Below, piece by piece: positions 54,999-63,384 of a DNA stretch of 64,000 nucleotides; within the stretch, counting starts at the first letter, position 1, and each line of letters starts with the position of its first letter. Source of the stretch: Coriobacteriales bacterium (GTDB taxonomy: Bacteria > Actinomycetota > Coriobacteriia > Coriobacteriales > UBA8131); NCBI GenBank assembly GCA_031277035.1, contig JAISLY010000048.1, forward strand, positions 1,629-65,628, written 5' to 3'. Position numbers and translations under genes: made by a program. The notes beneath the pieces were generated by a model. The model was given only the letters and a program-made list of their open reading frames with translations. It had not been told where the DNA came from and did not search any database.

Positions 54999-56186
54999 CT
55001 ATTCTACCACGGTGCAGCCGGGAACGATGTAGTTCCAGGAAGGCGCGGAGGTCTCCTCCTGCTCATGATAATAGTCGCCCTCGGGCAGGTCGATGGAGAC
55101 GGGGTTGCCGTCAAAATCGACTCCCTCGCCGGTCAGGGGGCCGGAGAAGACGTGCAGCTCACCGGAGATGATCTTCGCACTGGCATCGTCGATGGCCTCC
55201 TTCGTGCCCTCGGCGGCAATCTCGGTGTTCAGCGGTGAGAGGTACACGGCGCCATCAGCCAGACCGCGGCACCAGTCAACCGGAATCTTCTCGCCAGCGA
55301 TAAGGGCCTGCACGGCCTCGGTGACATAGATGCCCCAGTCGATACGCGCCGAGATGAGCGAGGCCTTGGGCGCGGCCGGAATCATGTCGTTGTTGTAGCC
55401 GACCTGCCATACGCCGTTCTCCTCGGCCGTGGTGGCCGGCGCGGTGGAATCGGAGTGTTGCGAGATGACGTCGCAGCCGCGCTCGATGAGGGCCTTGGCA
55501 ACCTGGGACTCAACGGTCGGGTCATTCCAGGAGTTCGTGTACATGATGTCCATCGTCACGTCGGGATTGACGCTCTTGGCACCCAGGTAAAACGCGGTGT
55601 AACCGCTGATGACCTCGGCAAAGGGGAAGGCGGCAACATAGCCGAGCTTGCCGGTCTGGGTCTTGAGGCCAGCAGCGATACCAGCAAGGTAGCGCGCCTC
55701 AAAGATGGAGGCAAAATAGTTATGGAAGTTCGGAAGGCCCTCGATGGCTGCCTGGTAGCCGGTGGCATGGCAGAACTGCACGTCGGGGTATTCGGCCGCA
55801 ACCTCCTTGACGTAATCCTCAAAGCCGAAGCTCGTCGCAAAGATGATGTTGCAGCCCGCATCGACCAGCTCACGAAGCGCGGTATCGCACTCGGCGCCCT
55901 CGGGGACGTTGAACTTGTTGATGATCTGATCGTCGCGCAGCCCAAGAGCCTGCTGCATCGCCTGGGTACCCTGGTCGTGGTTGTAGGTGTAACCCATGTC
56001 GCTCGGGTCAGAAACATGCACAAAGCCAATCTTGATGGTCTCCGCCGTGATGGCCGCTCCAGCATCCGCGTCGCCTTCGGGTGGCGCGGCTGGTGCCTCT
56101 GTCTCCTGCGACGCCGGTGCGCCGCAGCCGACCAGCATCATGGCCGCCAGAGCGAATGAAACAACAAGTGCCAGAAACTTCTTCAT
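54999..56186 (-). CDS. BMP-family (PnrA-like) ABC substrate-binding lipoprotein
   Basis: ATG 56186 follows AGGAGG. The signal peptide and lipobox read MKKFLALVVSFALAAMMLVGC. The BMP pattern includes KIGFVHVSDPSDMGYTYNH. Confidence 0.85.
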   Translation of the reverse strand: MKKFLALVVSFALAAMMLVGCGAPASQETEAPAAPPEGDADAGAAITAETIKIGFVHVSDPSDMGYTYNHDQGTQAMQQALGLRDDQIINKFNVPEGAECDTALRELVDAGCNIIFATSFGFEDYVKEVAAEYPDVQFCHATGYQAAIEGLPNFHNYFASIFEARYLAGIAAGLKTQTGKLGYVAAFPFAEVISGYTAFYLGAKSVNPDVTMDIMYTNSWNDPTVESQVAKALIERGCDVISQHSDSTAPATTAEENGVWQVGYNNDMIPAAPKASLISARIDWGIYVTEAVQALIAGEKIPVDWCRGLADGAVYLSPLNTEIAAEGTKEAIDDASAKIISGELHVFSGPLTGEGVDFDGNPVSIDLPEGDYYHEQEETSAPSWNYIVPGCTVVE

Positions 56187-56414
56187 TACTGCCTCCTGAT
56201 CCCTTTCCTCGGTATCCTTACTCTCCTCAGGTGTCCGCGGGCATCCTCCTTTGGTCGTGCCTGCGCGAACCGGCACGACGGCGGCCGAAACCGCTCGTTT
56301 GCCATTGCGCGATTGTACGGCATCGACGCACGCTTGCATAGCCTCATCATCTGAATCATCTGAGAGTTAACCGCGATTTCATATGAAGGGGCGCGAAAGG
56401 TTTGCCAGAGGGCG

Positions 56415-56517
56415 GTCGCATACCGCCCCGCGTACGCCTTCCGCTCGCCATAGCCATATCTATCTCCTTTCTCGGGGGAGTCGTCGCATACCGCCCCGCG
56501 TACGCCTTCCGCTCGCC
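56415..56517. repeat. perfect 35-bp direct repeat, 68-bp period
   Basis: GTCGCATACCGCCCCGCGTACGCCTTCCGCTCGCC occurs at 56415-56449 and again at 56483-56517. Both copies lie in the divergent BMP/metY intergenic region. Confidence 0.9.
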
Positions 56518-56548
56518 GCATCGTATCTGCGTCATGTCCCGCGGGGGC

Positions 56549-56576
56549 TTGACAAGTCGCGCAAAGCGTGTAGGCT
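56549..56576 (+). promoter_or_regulatory. candidate metY promoter
   Basis: TTGACA (56549-56554), 16 nt, then TAGGCT (56571-56576). This would give a leader of about 345 nt. Confidence 0.45.
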
Positions 56577-56928
56577 ATGCAACTTAGGTATTCTTTTAAG
56601 TTTCGTAGGTTTTAAAGGAGCGAGCACTTTGGCCACCGGTTCCACATCTACCGACCGTTGCGTCGCCACCCGCATGGAGACCATGTCCATGTCCGGGCTC
56701 ATGCGCGCTCTGGCGCACGCGCATGAGCATGCCGCATGTCCAGCGCTTGGCTGATGTGTCCCAACTGGAATCTCCTCACCCCCTTTCTCCTCTCTCCTTC
56801 CTTCTCGACCACAGCCTCCTCGCATCAGCCAAACGCTGGACATTCTCGCGTCGAACCACCCATAAAGGCATTCCCGACCCTGCCGCCCCCTGGTGGCGGC
56901 AAAACGGCACCGCACAGGAGGAAGATAT

Positions 56929-58368
56929 ATGAGTGAGTCTACGATCACTGGGGCGAGCGCCGAAACCGGCACGTCGCAGACGCCAGAGGCAGCGGGCAAG
57001 ACGCCTGCCTCGTCCTACCGCTTCGACACGGTGAAGGTGCACGCCGCCTATGACCCGAAGGAGCATAACTACGCCTTCAACGTACCCATTTACCAGACGG
57101 CATCCTTTGAGATGGGCGACACGGCCCGCGGGGAACGGCTCTTCCGTCAAGAGGAGCTCGGTTTTCTCTACTCACGGGTGGGAAACCCCACGGTGGACGT
57201 CTTTGAGCGACGCGTGGCCGCCCTGGACGGCGCGGTGGGAGCGGTTGCCCTGGCAAGCGGTATCGCGGCGGTAAGCCATGCCATCCTAAACCTGGCCGAC
57301 GCGGGCGACCACATTGTCGCGAGCCCATACCTCTACGGCGGTACCCACGATCTTTTCAAGTCCATCCTGCCGCGCTACGGCATCACGGTCGATTTGGCCA
57401 AAAGCCTTGCGCCCGCAGATCTACAGGCGCTTATCCGTCCCACCACCAAGGCCCTCTTTGTGGAGAGCATCGCAAATCCCGTCAATGTCATAGCCGATAT
57501 CGAGGGTCTGGCAAAGCTGGCCCATGACAACGGCATACCGCTCATTGTGGATAACACCTTTGCGACGCCCTATCTCGTCCAACCCATTCAACACGGCGCT
57601 GATGTCGTGGTGTACTCGGCCACCAAGGGTTTGAGCGGGCATGGCGCCCTCATCGGCGGCCTGGTGCTTGAGGCGGGCCGCTTTGATTACGGCAACGGCC
57701 GTTTTCCCCAGTTCACGGATGCAGGATTTACCCTGCGCGACCGCTCGGAGCGCTACCGCAGCTTTTGGGAGGTCTTCCCTGAGACTCCATTTACCGCACG
57801 GATTCGCCTTGCGCTGCTCAACTACTTCGGAGCGGCGCTTGGCCCCTTTGACGCCTGGGTCGCCCTGCTCGGTCTGGAAACCCTGAGCGAGAGGCTGGAC
57901 AAGCAGCTGGCAAACGTGAGGCACCTGATTGCGTATCTGGAGACGAACGAGCATGTCGCCTGGGTCGAATACCCCAGTCTGCCCACGCATCCCAGCTACG
58001 CCCTGGCCCAGAAATACGCTCCACGCGGAGCGGGCAGCATCTTCTCCTTTGGCTTCAAGGGCACGATAGAGCAGCAGGAACGCTTCATAGACGCGGTGCG
58101 CCTGTGGAGCTACCAGGTAAACGTCGGTGACGCAAAATCCCTGATCGTCAATTCTCCAAAGACCACACACTCCGAACTGACCGCAGATGAGCAGACGGCA
58201 GCCGCGCTTCGGCCCGAGACCGTCCGACTCTCGGTTGGGCTGGAGGATGTGGCCGATCTCATCGAGGACCTTGAGCAGGCGTTTGCCGTCGTCTTTGGCG
58301 GCGGTGCGGCCACAGCCGCGAATGCCGCCGCCCCCGCCGCCCCCGCCGCGAATGCCGTGGCAGGTTAA
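56929..58368 (+). CDS. metY: O-acetylhomoserine sulfhydrylase (aminocarboxypropyltransferase)
   Basis: ATG 56929 follows AGGAGGAAG. It belongs to the PLP-dependent Cys/Met metabolism family, with the PLP lysine in YSATKGLSGHG. An Ala-rich C-terminal tail is present. Confidence 0.9.
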   Translation: MSESTITGASAETGTSQTPEAAGKTPASSYRFDTVKVHAAYDPKEHNYAFNVPIYQTASFEMGDTARGERLFRQEELGFLYSRVGNPTVDVFERRVAALDGAVGAVALASGIAAVSHAILNLADAGDHIVASPYLYGGTHDLFKSILPRYGITVDLAKSLAPADLQALIRPTTKALFVESIANPVNVIADIEGLAKLAHDNGIPLIVDNTFATPYLVQPIQHGADVVVYSATKGLSGHGALIGGLVLEAGRFDYGNGRFPQFTDAGFTLRDRSERYRSFWEVFPETPFTARIRLALLNYFGAALGPFDAWVALLGLETLSERLDKQLANVRHLIAYLETNEHVAWVEYPSLPTHPSYALAQKYAPRGAGSIFSFGFKGTIEQQERFIDAVRLWSYQVNVGDAKSLIVNSPKTTHSELTADEQTAAALRPETVRLSVGLEDVADLIEDLEQAFAVVFGGGAATAANAAAPAAPAANAVAG

Positions 58369-58375
58369 CACGGTC

Positions 58376-59422
58376 ATGCCCAGCGCCAAAACACCGCATA
58401 AGGCCCTCGCCTCACCGGTAAGCGACCCCCGATTCTGGAAGCCACACTCGGGGGTTTGGTACGCGCTGGCCATCCTCGCCTTTCTCGCAGCCCTGGCCGC
58501 CAACGTCCTCATCCCGGCAAACATCCCCGGACTGCTACCCGGCAAGGACTTCTCTTCGGACTACCCCGTCGACCCGACAAACTACCGCATCCTGCTCGGT
58601 GCGATGGCGCTGTTTCTTGCGCTGCTCTGGCCTCTCGCACACTTCCTGCCCCGTCTACGGCAGCGCCTTTTCCATAAGGCTCAGTTCATTTTCGCGGGTG
58701 CCCTGGCGCTGGCCGTCTGGGATATTCTGACCTCCAAGCTCTTTATCCTCAAACCACCGTACTTTCCCGGCCCGGTCAACATCATTGCCTATATCCCCAC
58801 CAACTGGGAAAACCTGCTCACCCATATCGCCGCATCCAGCCAGCTGTTCATCGCAGGCATGGTGCTCGGAACGCTTGCCGGTATCGTCACAGGCATCCTG
58901 ATTGGCTGGTATAAGCAGTGGTTTTACTGGCTGTTTCCCATCCTGAAGTTCACCGGCGTCATCCCGGCCACCGCCTGGATGCCCATCGTCACCGTTGCCC
59001 TCAAGCCGGCACCGGTTGCCATGACCTTCCTTCTGGTCATTGCCTCGTGGTTTGTCATCTCCTTTATGATGTGCCAGGGGATGCAGTCCACGCCACGAGC
59101 CCTCTATGAGGTCAGCGAGACGCTCGGGGCATCGAGGAGTTTTCTGCTCTTCCACGTCGCGATACCCAACGCACTGCCCAGTATCTTTACCGGCATCTCC
59201 ACTGCCACCAGCATGTCCTTTTTGACCCTGGTCGCAGCCGAGATGATGGGCGCCACTGCAGGCCTGGGCTATTTCATAAACTACTCAAAGGCCTTTAACA
59301 AGTATTACCAGGTCTACGCGGCTATCATCATCATGTTCCTCGTCTTCTCCATCCTTTTAGCCCTCATCGACCTGATACGCAACAGGGCGCTGCGTTGGCA
59401 GAAGGGCCTGGTGCAGCAATGA
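58376..59422 (+). CDS. ABC transporter permease (NitT/TauT/SsuC-like)
   Basis: ATG 58376 lies 8 nt after the metY stop. The protein is polytopic, with the EAA-loop-like sequence ETLGASRSFLLFHVAIPNALPSIF. Confidence 0.8.
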   Translation: MPSAKTPHKALASPVSDPRFWKPHSGVWYALAILAFLAALAANVLIPANIPGLLPGKDFSSDYPVDPTNYRILLGAMALFLALLWPLAHFLPRLRQRLFHKAQFIFAGALALAVWDILTSKLFILKPPYFPGPVNIIAYIPTNWENLLTHIAASSQLFIAGMVLGTLAGIVTGILIGWYKQWFYWLFPILKFTGVIPATAWMPIVTVALKPAPVAMTFLLVIASWFVISFMMCQGMQSTPRALYEVSETLGASRSFLLFHVAIPNALPSIFTGISTATSMSFLTLVAAEMMGATAGLGYFINYSKAFNKYYQVYAAIIIMFLVFSILLALIDLIRNRALRWQKGLVQQ

Positions 59423-60195
59423 GTGCGCTGATAGAGGTCAGGAAGGTCACTCGCATCTATGGAGAAGGCGAGGAGACCACGCAGGCGCTGGCTGCGGTCT
59501 CCCTGACCGTTGAAAAGGGGGAGTTCGTCTCGCTCATCGGCCCCTCGGGCTGCGGGAAAACCACCCTTTTGCGCCTCATCGCCGGTCTGGACAGCCCGCA
59601 GGAGGGCAGTCTGAGCCTGGAAGGTGAACAGATTGAGGGCCCCAGCTACGATCGTGGTTACGTCTTTCAGCAGGGCGCCCTGTATCCCTGGGCAACCGTT
59701 GCGGACAACATCGCCACCGGCCTCAAAGCGCGCGGCGTCTACCGCCAACAGAAGGGGCGCGTCGGCGAGTTCATCAAGCTGGTTGGCCTGACGGGCTTTG
59801 AGCGTTCCTACCCTCACCAGCTTTCCGGCGGCATGGCGCAGCGTGTGGCCATTGCCCGGGCGCTCATCAATGAGCCGCGTGTCCTGCTGCTGGATGAGCC
59901 GATGGGCGCACTGGACGCCTTTACGCGCATCGAGCTGCAGGATCGGCTGGGCGATCTGTGGCAACATCTCAAATCTACGATGGTGCTGGTCACGCACGAT
60001 GTGGATGAGGCCATCGCGTTAAGCGACCGTATCGTTATCATGACCCCCCGGCCAGGACGCATCGCGGAGATAATCGATGTCGGCCTGGGCCGCCCGCGCT
60101 CTCGCAGCGATCCGGATTTTCTGGCTCTGCGGGCGCGCATTCTTGAGGAACTCCATCTGGCCGGCCATAAGGCCGAGCCGGAGTTCAGTATTTAG
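59419..60195 (+). CDS. ABC transporter ATP-binding protein (NitT/TauT/SsuB-like)
   Basis: It overlaps the permease gene through ATGA. Walker [10 protein letters not shown], signature LSGGMAQR and Walker B LLLDEP are present. Confidence 0.9.
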   Translation: MSALIEVRKVTRIYGEGEETTQALAAVSLTVEKGEFVSLIGPSGCGKTTLLRLIAGLDSPQEGSLSLEGEQIEGPSYDRGYVFQQGALYPWATVADNIATGLKARGVYRQQKGRVGEFIKLVGLTGFERSYPHQLSGGMAQRVAIARALINEPRVLLLDEPMGALDAFTRIELQDRLGDLWQHLKSTMVLVTHDVDEAIALSDRIVIMTPRPGRIAEIIDVGLGRPRSRSDPDFLALRARILEELHLAGHKAEPEFSI

Positions 60196-60387
60196 GGAGG
60201 AGGAGACTTTGGTTTGAAGAGCCTCAGGGGCTCATGGCCTTAGAGCCGGCCGACTGCCTGTGCGTCGGCTCGGCAGTCTTCTCACACAAGCAGGGCGACC
60301 TTCCCATATCTTGTGAAGGAGCACAGGAGGGTCGCCTGCCCAGTATGGAAGCGCACTGGAGCGCTTCCCGGAAGAAAGGATAGCACA

Positions 60388-61491
60388 ATGGAACTTACAC
60401 GCAGGAATTTCGTCAAATTGATTGGAGGGTCGTCCCTCATCATCCTGGGTGGCAGTGCGCTTGCAGCCTGCGCAAAGGAGAGCCCGGCGGGCGAAGCAGG
60501 AACAGAGGGCGCAACGGGAGCAGATGGAGCCGGGGCTGACGCGGCCGCGGCAGGCGGAGAGTTCCCGCTTGGCTCAACCCAGATACAGGCCCTTGGCGGC
60601 GGCGTGTGCGGCGCACCGGCCTATATCGCCAAGGATAAGGGCTTTTGGGCCGAGGAGGGCATCGATGTCGAGCTGGTCAGCGGAACCTTTGCCCAGCAGC
60701 AGTCAGGCCTGCAAAGCGGGCAGTTCTTTGCCACCAACGGCGACTTCCAGTTCTTCCCTGCCATCAACGAGGGCCTGGACATCAAAATCCTCGTCGGCCT
60801 TCATCAGGGCTGCATCAAGTTGCTGGTGCCCAGCGACTCCCCCATCACGTCGGTTGCCGATCTGAAGGGCAAGATTATCGGCGTGGACGAGATTGGAGGT
60901 ACGCCCTGGGCAGTGACCTCGGTGGCTCTTTCCGAAGTCGGGATAGACCCCAGCGCAGAGGGCGGCGAGGTCACCTGGGCTCCCTATGACCTCTCGGTTC
61001 TGGAGGAGGTCGCGGGACGCGGCGAGGTGGATGCCTTTGCCGCCTGGGATCCCTTTGGTGTGACAGCTGAGCGCAACGGCTTTCGCGTATTGGTGGACAT
61101 CGCCGAGACCGAGCCTTTCAAGGGCAAGTACTGCTGCTTCCTCTATGCCTCAACAGATGCCATAGAGAACAGCCGCGACCAGGTACGGGCCATCTACCAG
61201 GGTTGGGTAAAGGGCGCCGAGTGGATTGCCGAAAATCCCGCGGAGGCCGCCAAGATCATCACCGATGGCAGCGAGCACGAGGCATATGTTGCCTCAGAGG
61301 ATGTCGCGCTCATCGAGGAGCTGCTCTCGAGCTACCATTACGATCATACGCACGGCAGCTCTGAGTTTGAGACCACGAAGGAAAATGTCCAGTACTTTGC
61401 CGAGAAGCTCAAGGGAACCGGCTACCTGCCGGCAGACTTTGATGAGGTTGCCTTCGTCGATCAGGTGATCTTCGACCCCTCCACGCTGTAG
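60388..61491 (+). CDS. ABC substrate-binding lipoprotein (NMT1/SsuA-TauA-like) with Tat-type signal
   Basis: ATG 60388. MELTRRNFVKLIGGSSLIILGGSALAAC combines a twin-arginine motif with a lipobox. The body is periplasmic-binding-protein-like. Confidence 0.8.
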   Translation: MELTRRNFVKLIGGSSLIILGGSALAACAKESPAGEAGTEGATGADGAGADAAAAGGEFPLGSTQIQALGGGVCGAPAYIAKDKGFWAEEGIDVELVSGTFAQQQSGLQSGQFFATNGDFQFFPAINEGLDIKILVGLHQGCIKLLVPSDSPITSVADLKGKIIGVDEIGGTPWAVTSVALSEVGIDPSAEGGEVTWAPYDLSVLEEVAGRGEVDAFAAWDPFGVTAERNGFRVLVDIAETEPFKGKYCCFLYASTDAIENSRDQVRAIYQGWVKGAEWIAENPAEAAKIITDGSEHEAYVASEDVALIEELLSSYHYDHTHGSSEFETTKENVQYFAEKLKGTGYLPADFDEVAFVDQVIFDPSTL

Positions 61492-61525
61492 GAACGCTAT
61501 AGGGTAGGGGTATTACAGGAGACTT

Positions 61526-61576
61526 GCAGGGCTGCTCTACAGCAACAAGCTGCAGGGCAGCCCTGCCCCTTTTCGG
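61526..61576 (+). terminator. terminator hairpin after the ABC operon
   Basis: GCAGGGCTGC (61526-61535) pairs with GCAGCCCTGC (61557-61566), followed by CCCTTTT. The T-tract is weak. Confidence 0.45.
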
Positions 61577-61625
61577 CACCTTTTCGGCGAGGCGCTCTGT
61601 CAGGGGGAGGCATGCCATCGAGTCG

Positions 61626-61634
61626 TGTTATCAT
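61626..61634 (+). promoter_or_regulatory. extended -10 element (TGTTATCAT) for the low-GC islet
   Basis: Read directly from the sequence. It lies about 38 nt upstream of ATG 61672, which has the SD GGAGGTG. Confidence 0.4.
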
Positions 61635-61671
61635 ATGTCTGTAGGCTCGTGACGCAGAATGGAGGTGGCAG

Positions 61672-61857
61672 ATGGCAACTTCGAGCTTTGGGCAGATAGT
61701 GGTTTTGGACGATGACATGGCCGATCGCATCATCGAGTCGAACAAGACCGCCAATGACCACCCCTTTGGTCAACCGACGGGATTCTTTAAACATGGCACT
61801 GAAGAAGATGCCGAAAGATTGATGGAACGTATGCGGCGGGCGGCGAACAGGCAATGA
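61672..61857 (+). CDS. 61-aa hypothetical protein (candidate antitoxin/partner of downstream GNAT-fold protein)
   Basis: A strong SD GGAGGTG lies 4 nt upstream of the start. The stop overlaps the next start (ATGA). The protein is acidic in the middle with a basic C-terminus (MERMRRAANRQ). I recognise no family. Confidence 0.6.
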   Translation: MATSSFGQIVVLDDDMADRIIESNKTANDHPFGQPTGFFKHGTEEDAERLMERMRRAANRQ

Positions 61858-62438
61858 GTTACGAGGTTTTCTCGCTCGGGTCTCTTGCCCGCAATAAGGA
61901 CGACAAAGAACTCCTTGAGGGCAGACTCAAGGAGTTCTGTTGTGTGCGGGATGAACAACTGGAGCGCTTCATTCGCGACCAGGCATTTTTCTATGAATCC
62001 AAGGGCTATGGTCGAACCTACCTTATCTTTGATACGGAAGGCGAAGACCTCGATACTTTTCCGCCCATTGCAGCTTTCTTTACGTTAGCACTGACTGCAA
62101 CTGACTATTCAGGCATTAGCAGAAACAAAAAAGAAAAGGTGCTTGGCTCAAAGCCTGGTCGCAAAACTTTCAGATCGTTTGCTGGTATTCTTATAGGCCA
62201 ACTTGCGCGTGACGACCGGTATGACTCCAGTTTTATCGACGGCGAAACGCTGCTCAGAGAATGCGAGAATTATATCGAGTTGGGCCGACAGTACCTTGGA
62301 GGGCGCATTGTTTATCTGGACTGTAAAAAGCCCCTTATCGAAACCTATCAGAGAAACAGCTATCGCCTGCTTTCTGACGAGCCAACCGATGAGGGTTACT
62401 ACAAGATGTATAAGGTACTGCCTGACAAGCTCGCGTGA
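61854..62438 (+). CDS. GNAT-fold protein resembling TacT/AtaT-type acetyltransferase toxins, divergent acetyl-CoA loop
   Basis: 194 aa. The block order parallels the TacT sequence as I recall it: GRTYLIF ~ ARTFVVC, IAAFFTLALTAT ~ VAGFYSLATGSV, ILIGQLARDDRY ~ [12 protein letters not shown] and ETYQRNSYRLL ~ NFYIHHGFKS. Confidence 0.55.
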   Translation: MSYEVFSLGSLARNKDDKELLEGRLKEFCCVRDEQLERFIRDQAFFYESKGYGRTYLIFDTEGEDLDTFPPIAAFFTLALTATDYSGISRNKKEKVLGSKPGRKTFRSFAGILIGQLARDDRYDSSFIDGETLLRECENYIELGRQYLGGRIVYLDCKKPLIETYQRNSYRLLSDEPTDEGYYKMYKVLPDKLA

Positions 62439-62466
62439 TTAAGGTTTGCGAGAGTCTAAGGGGTAG

Positions 62467-63384
62467 ATGTGGTGTGGCGAGCCTGTTTGGTTCTTCACAG
62501 AACAGGCACACCATCGAATAGCTGATAGAGGTTTACTGATTAGGGAAGGAAACAGGGTAGGTCACTTGTCTAGCGCAAGGAACACAGGTAATCGCCATGA
62601 GTACGAAGCCAGGTATGCCGCTGAAATGGCTCGGCGTATTCTTGGTGTGGATGCCGAGGTCTGGGATACTGCGAGTCGCCAAGGCGCACCAGATGTAAAG
62701 CTCATATTCCAAGATGGGCGCATAGGGATGTTAGAAGTAACGAAATATGATGAGAGATTTGAACTAATGGAAGCCTTGAAGCGAGACCATTGGGAGCTTG
62801 AGGAATACGGTCGTTGGGTCTGGACATTGGCTGTTGACAACTTTTCCGATTATCAGTTTTTGAGGGAGAACTATAAGCACATCATCGATACCTGCGAGGC
62901 GCATGGGGCAACAAAACCGGATTCGGTTCCGTTTGCGATACAACACATCGATCCTGTTTTTCGCAGACTTGTCACCTCAAAGTCAAACATATATGCAGCA
63001 CCAGATTTAGGCAAACTTGACCAAAAAGGGAACTTGCGAAAAACACACGTACTACCAACAGCACGCTGTGGTTTTTCGTCAGACGGATGGGAGGATCTTC
63101 ATGATGCTCTCGTCTCAATGTTCGCAGACCAGGCGATTTCTCATCGATGCAGAAAATTGATAAATACTGCTGCTGATTTCCGCTGCTTGATGGTTGCATG
63201 CGGATTGAACAAACTGCCATTCTCGATAGCTGACAAGTTGAATTTTAGTAAGAGCGCCCCAGTCCCTTCAACAGAGCCGCCCCTTCCGACTGGCATAGAC
63301 GCCCTGATACTTGTCCCTCAGTATAGTGGCTCTGTACTCCTATGGAATGATGGCCTATGGACTATCCACCTTCCCTGGGATTGA
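62467..63384 (+). CDS. hypothetical protein, possible PD-(D/E)xK nuclease-fold N-terminal domain
   Basis: 305-aa ORF in low-GC DNA. The start is uncertain: ATG 62467 with a closely spaced SD, or TTG 62566 after GGGAAGGAAACAGGG. The motif string reads EYEARYAAE...GAPDVKLIFQDGRIGMLEVTKYDE. Confidence 0.5.
   Translation: MWCGEPVWFFTEQAHHRIADRGLLIREGNRVGHLSSARNTGNRHEYEARYAAEMARRILGVDAEVWDTASRQGAPDVKLIFQDGRIGMLEVTKYDERFELMEALKRDHWELEEYGRWVWTLAVDNFSDYQFLRENYKHIIDTCEAHGATKPDSVPFAIQHIDPVFRRLVTSKSNIYAAPDLGKLDQKGNLRKTHVLPTARCGFSSDGWEDLHDALVSMFADQAISHRCRKLINTAADFRCLMVACGLNKLPFSIADKLNFSKSAPVPSTEPPLPTGIDALILVPQYSGSVLLWNDGLWTIHLPWD

Noticed and set aside
56585-56928. S-box (SAM-I), SAM-IV or T-box leader upstream of metY
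   Set aside because: I could not find the conserved cores: GAGGGA...GCAACC...GGUGC for SAM-I/IV, or a T-box AGGGUGGUACCGCG with a specifier loop. Only a loose resemblance to small SD-sequestering SAM elements remains, and it is reported with low confidence.
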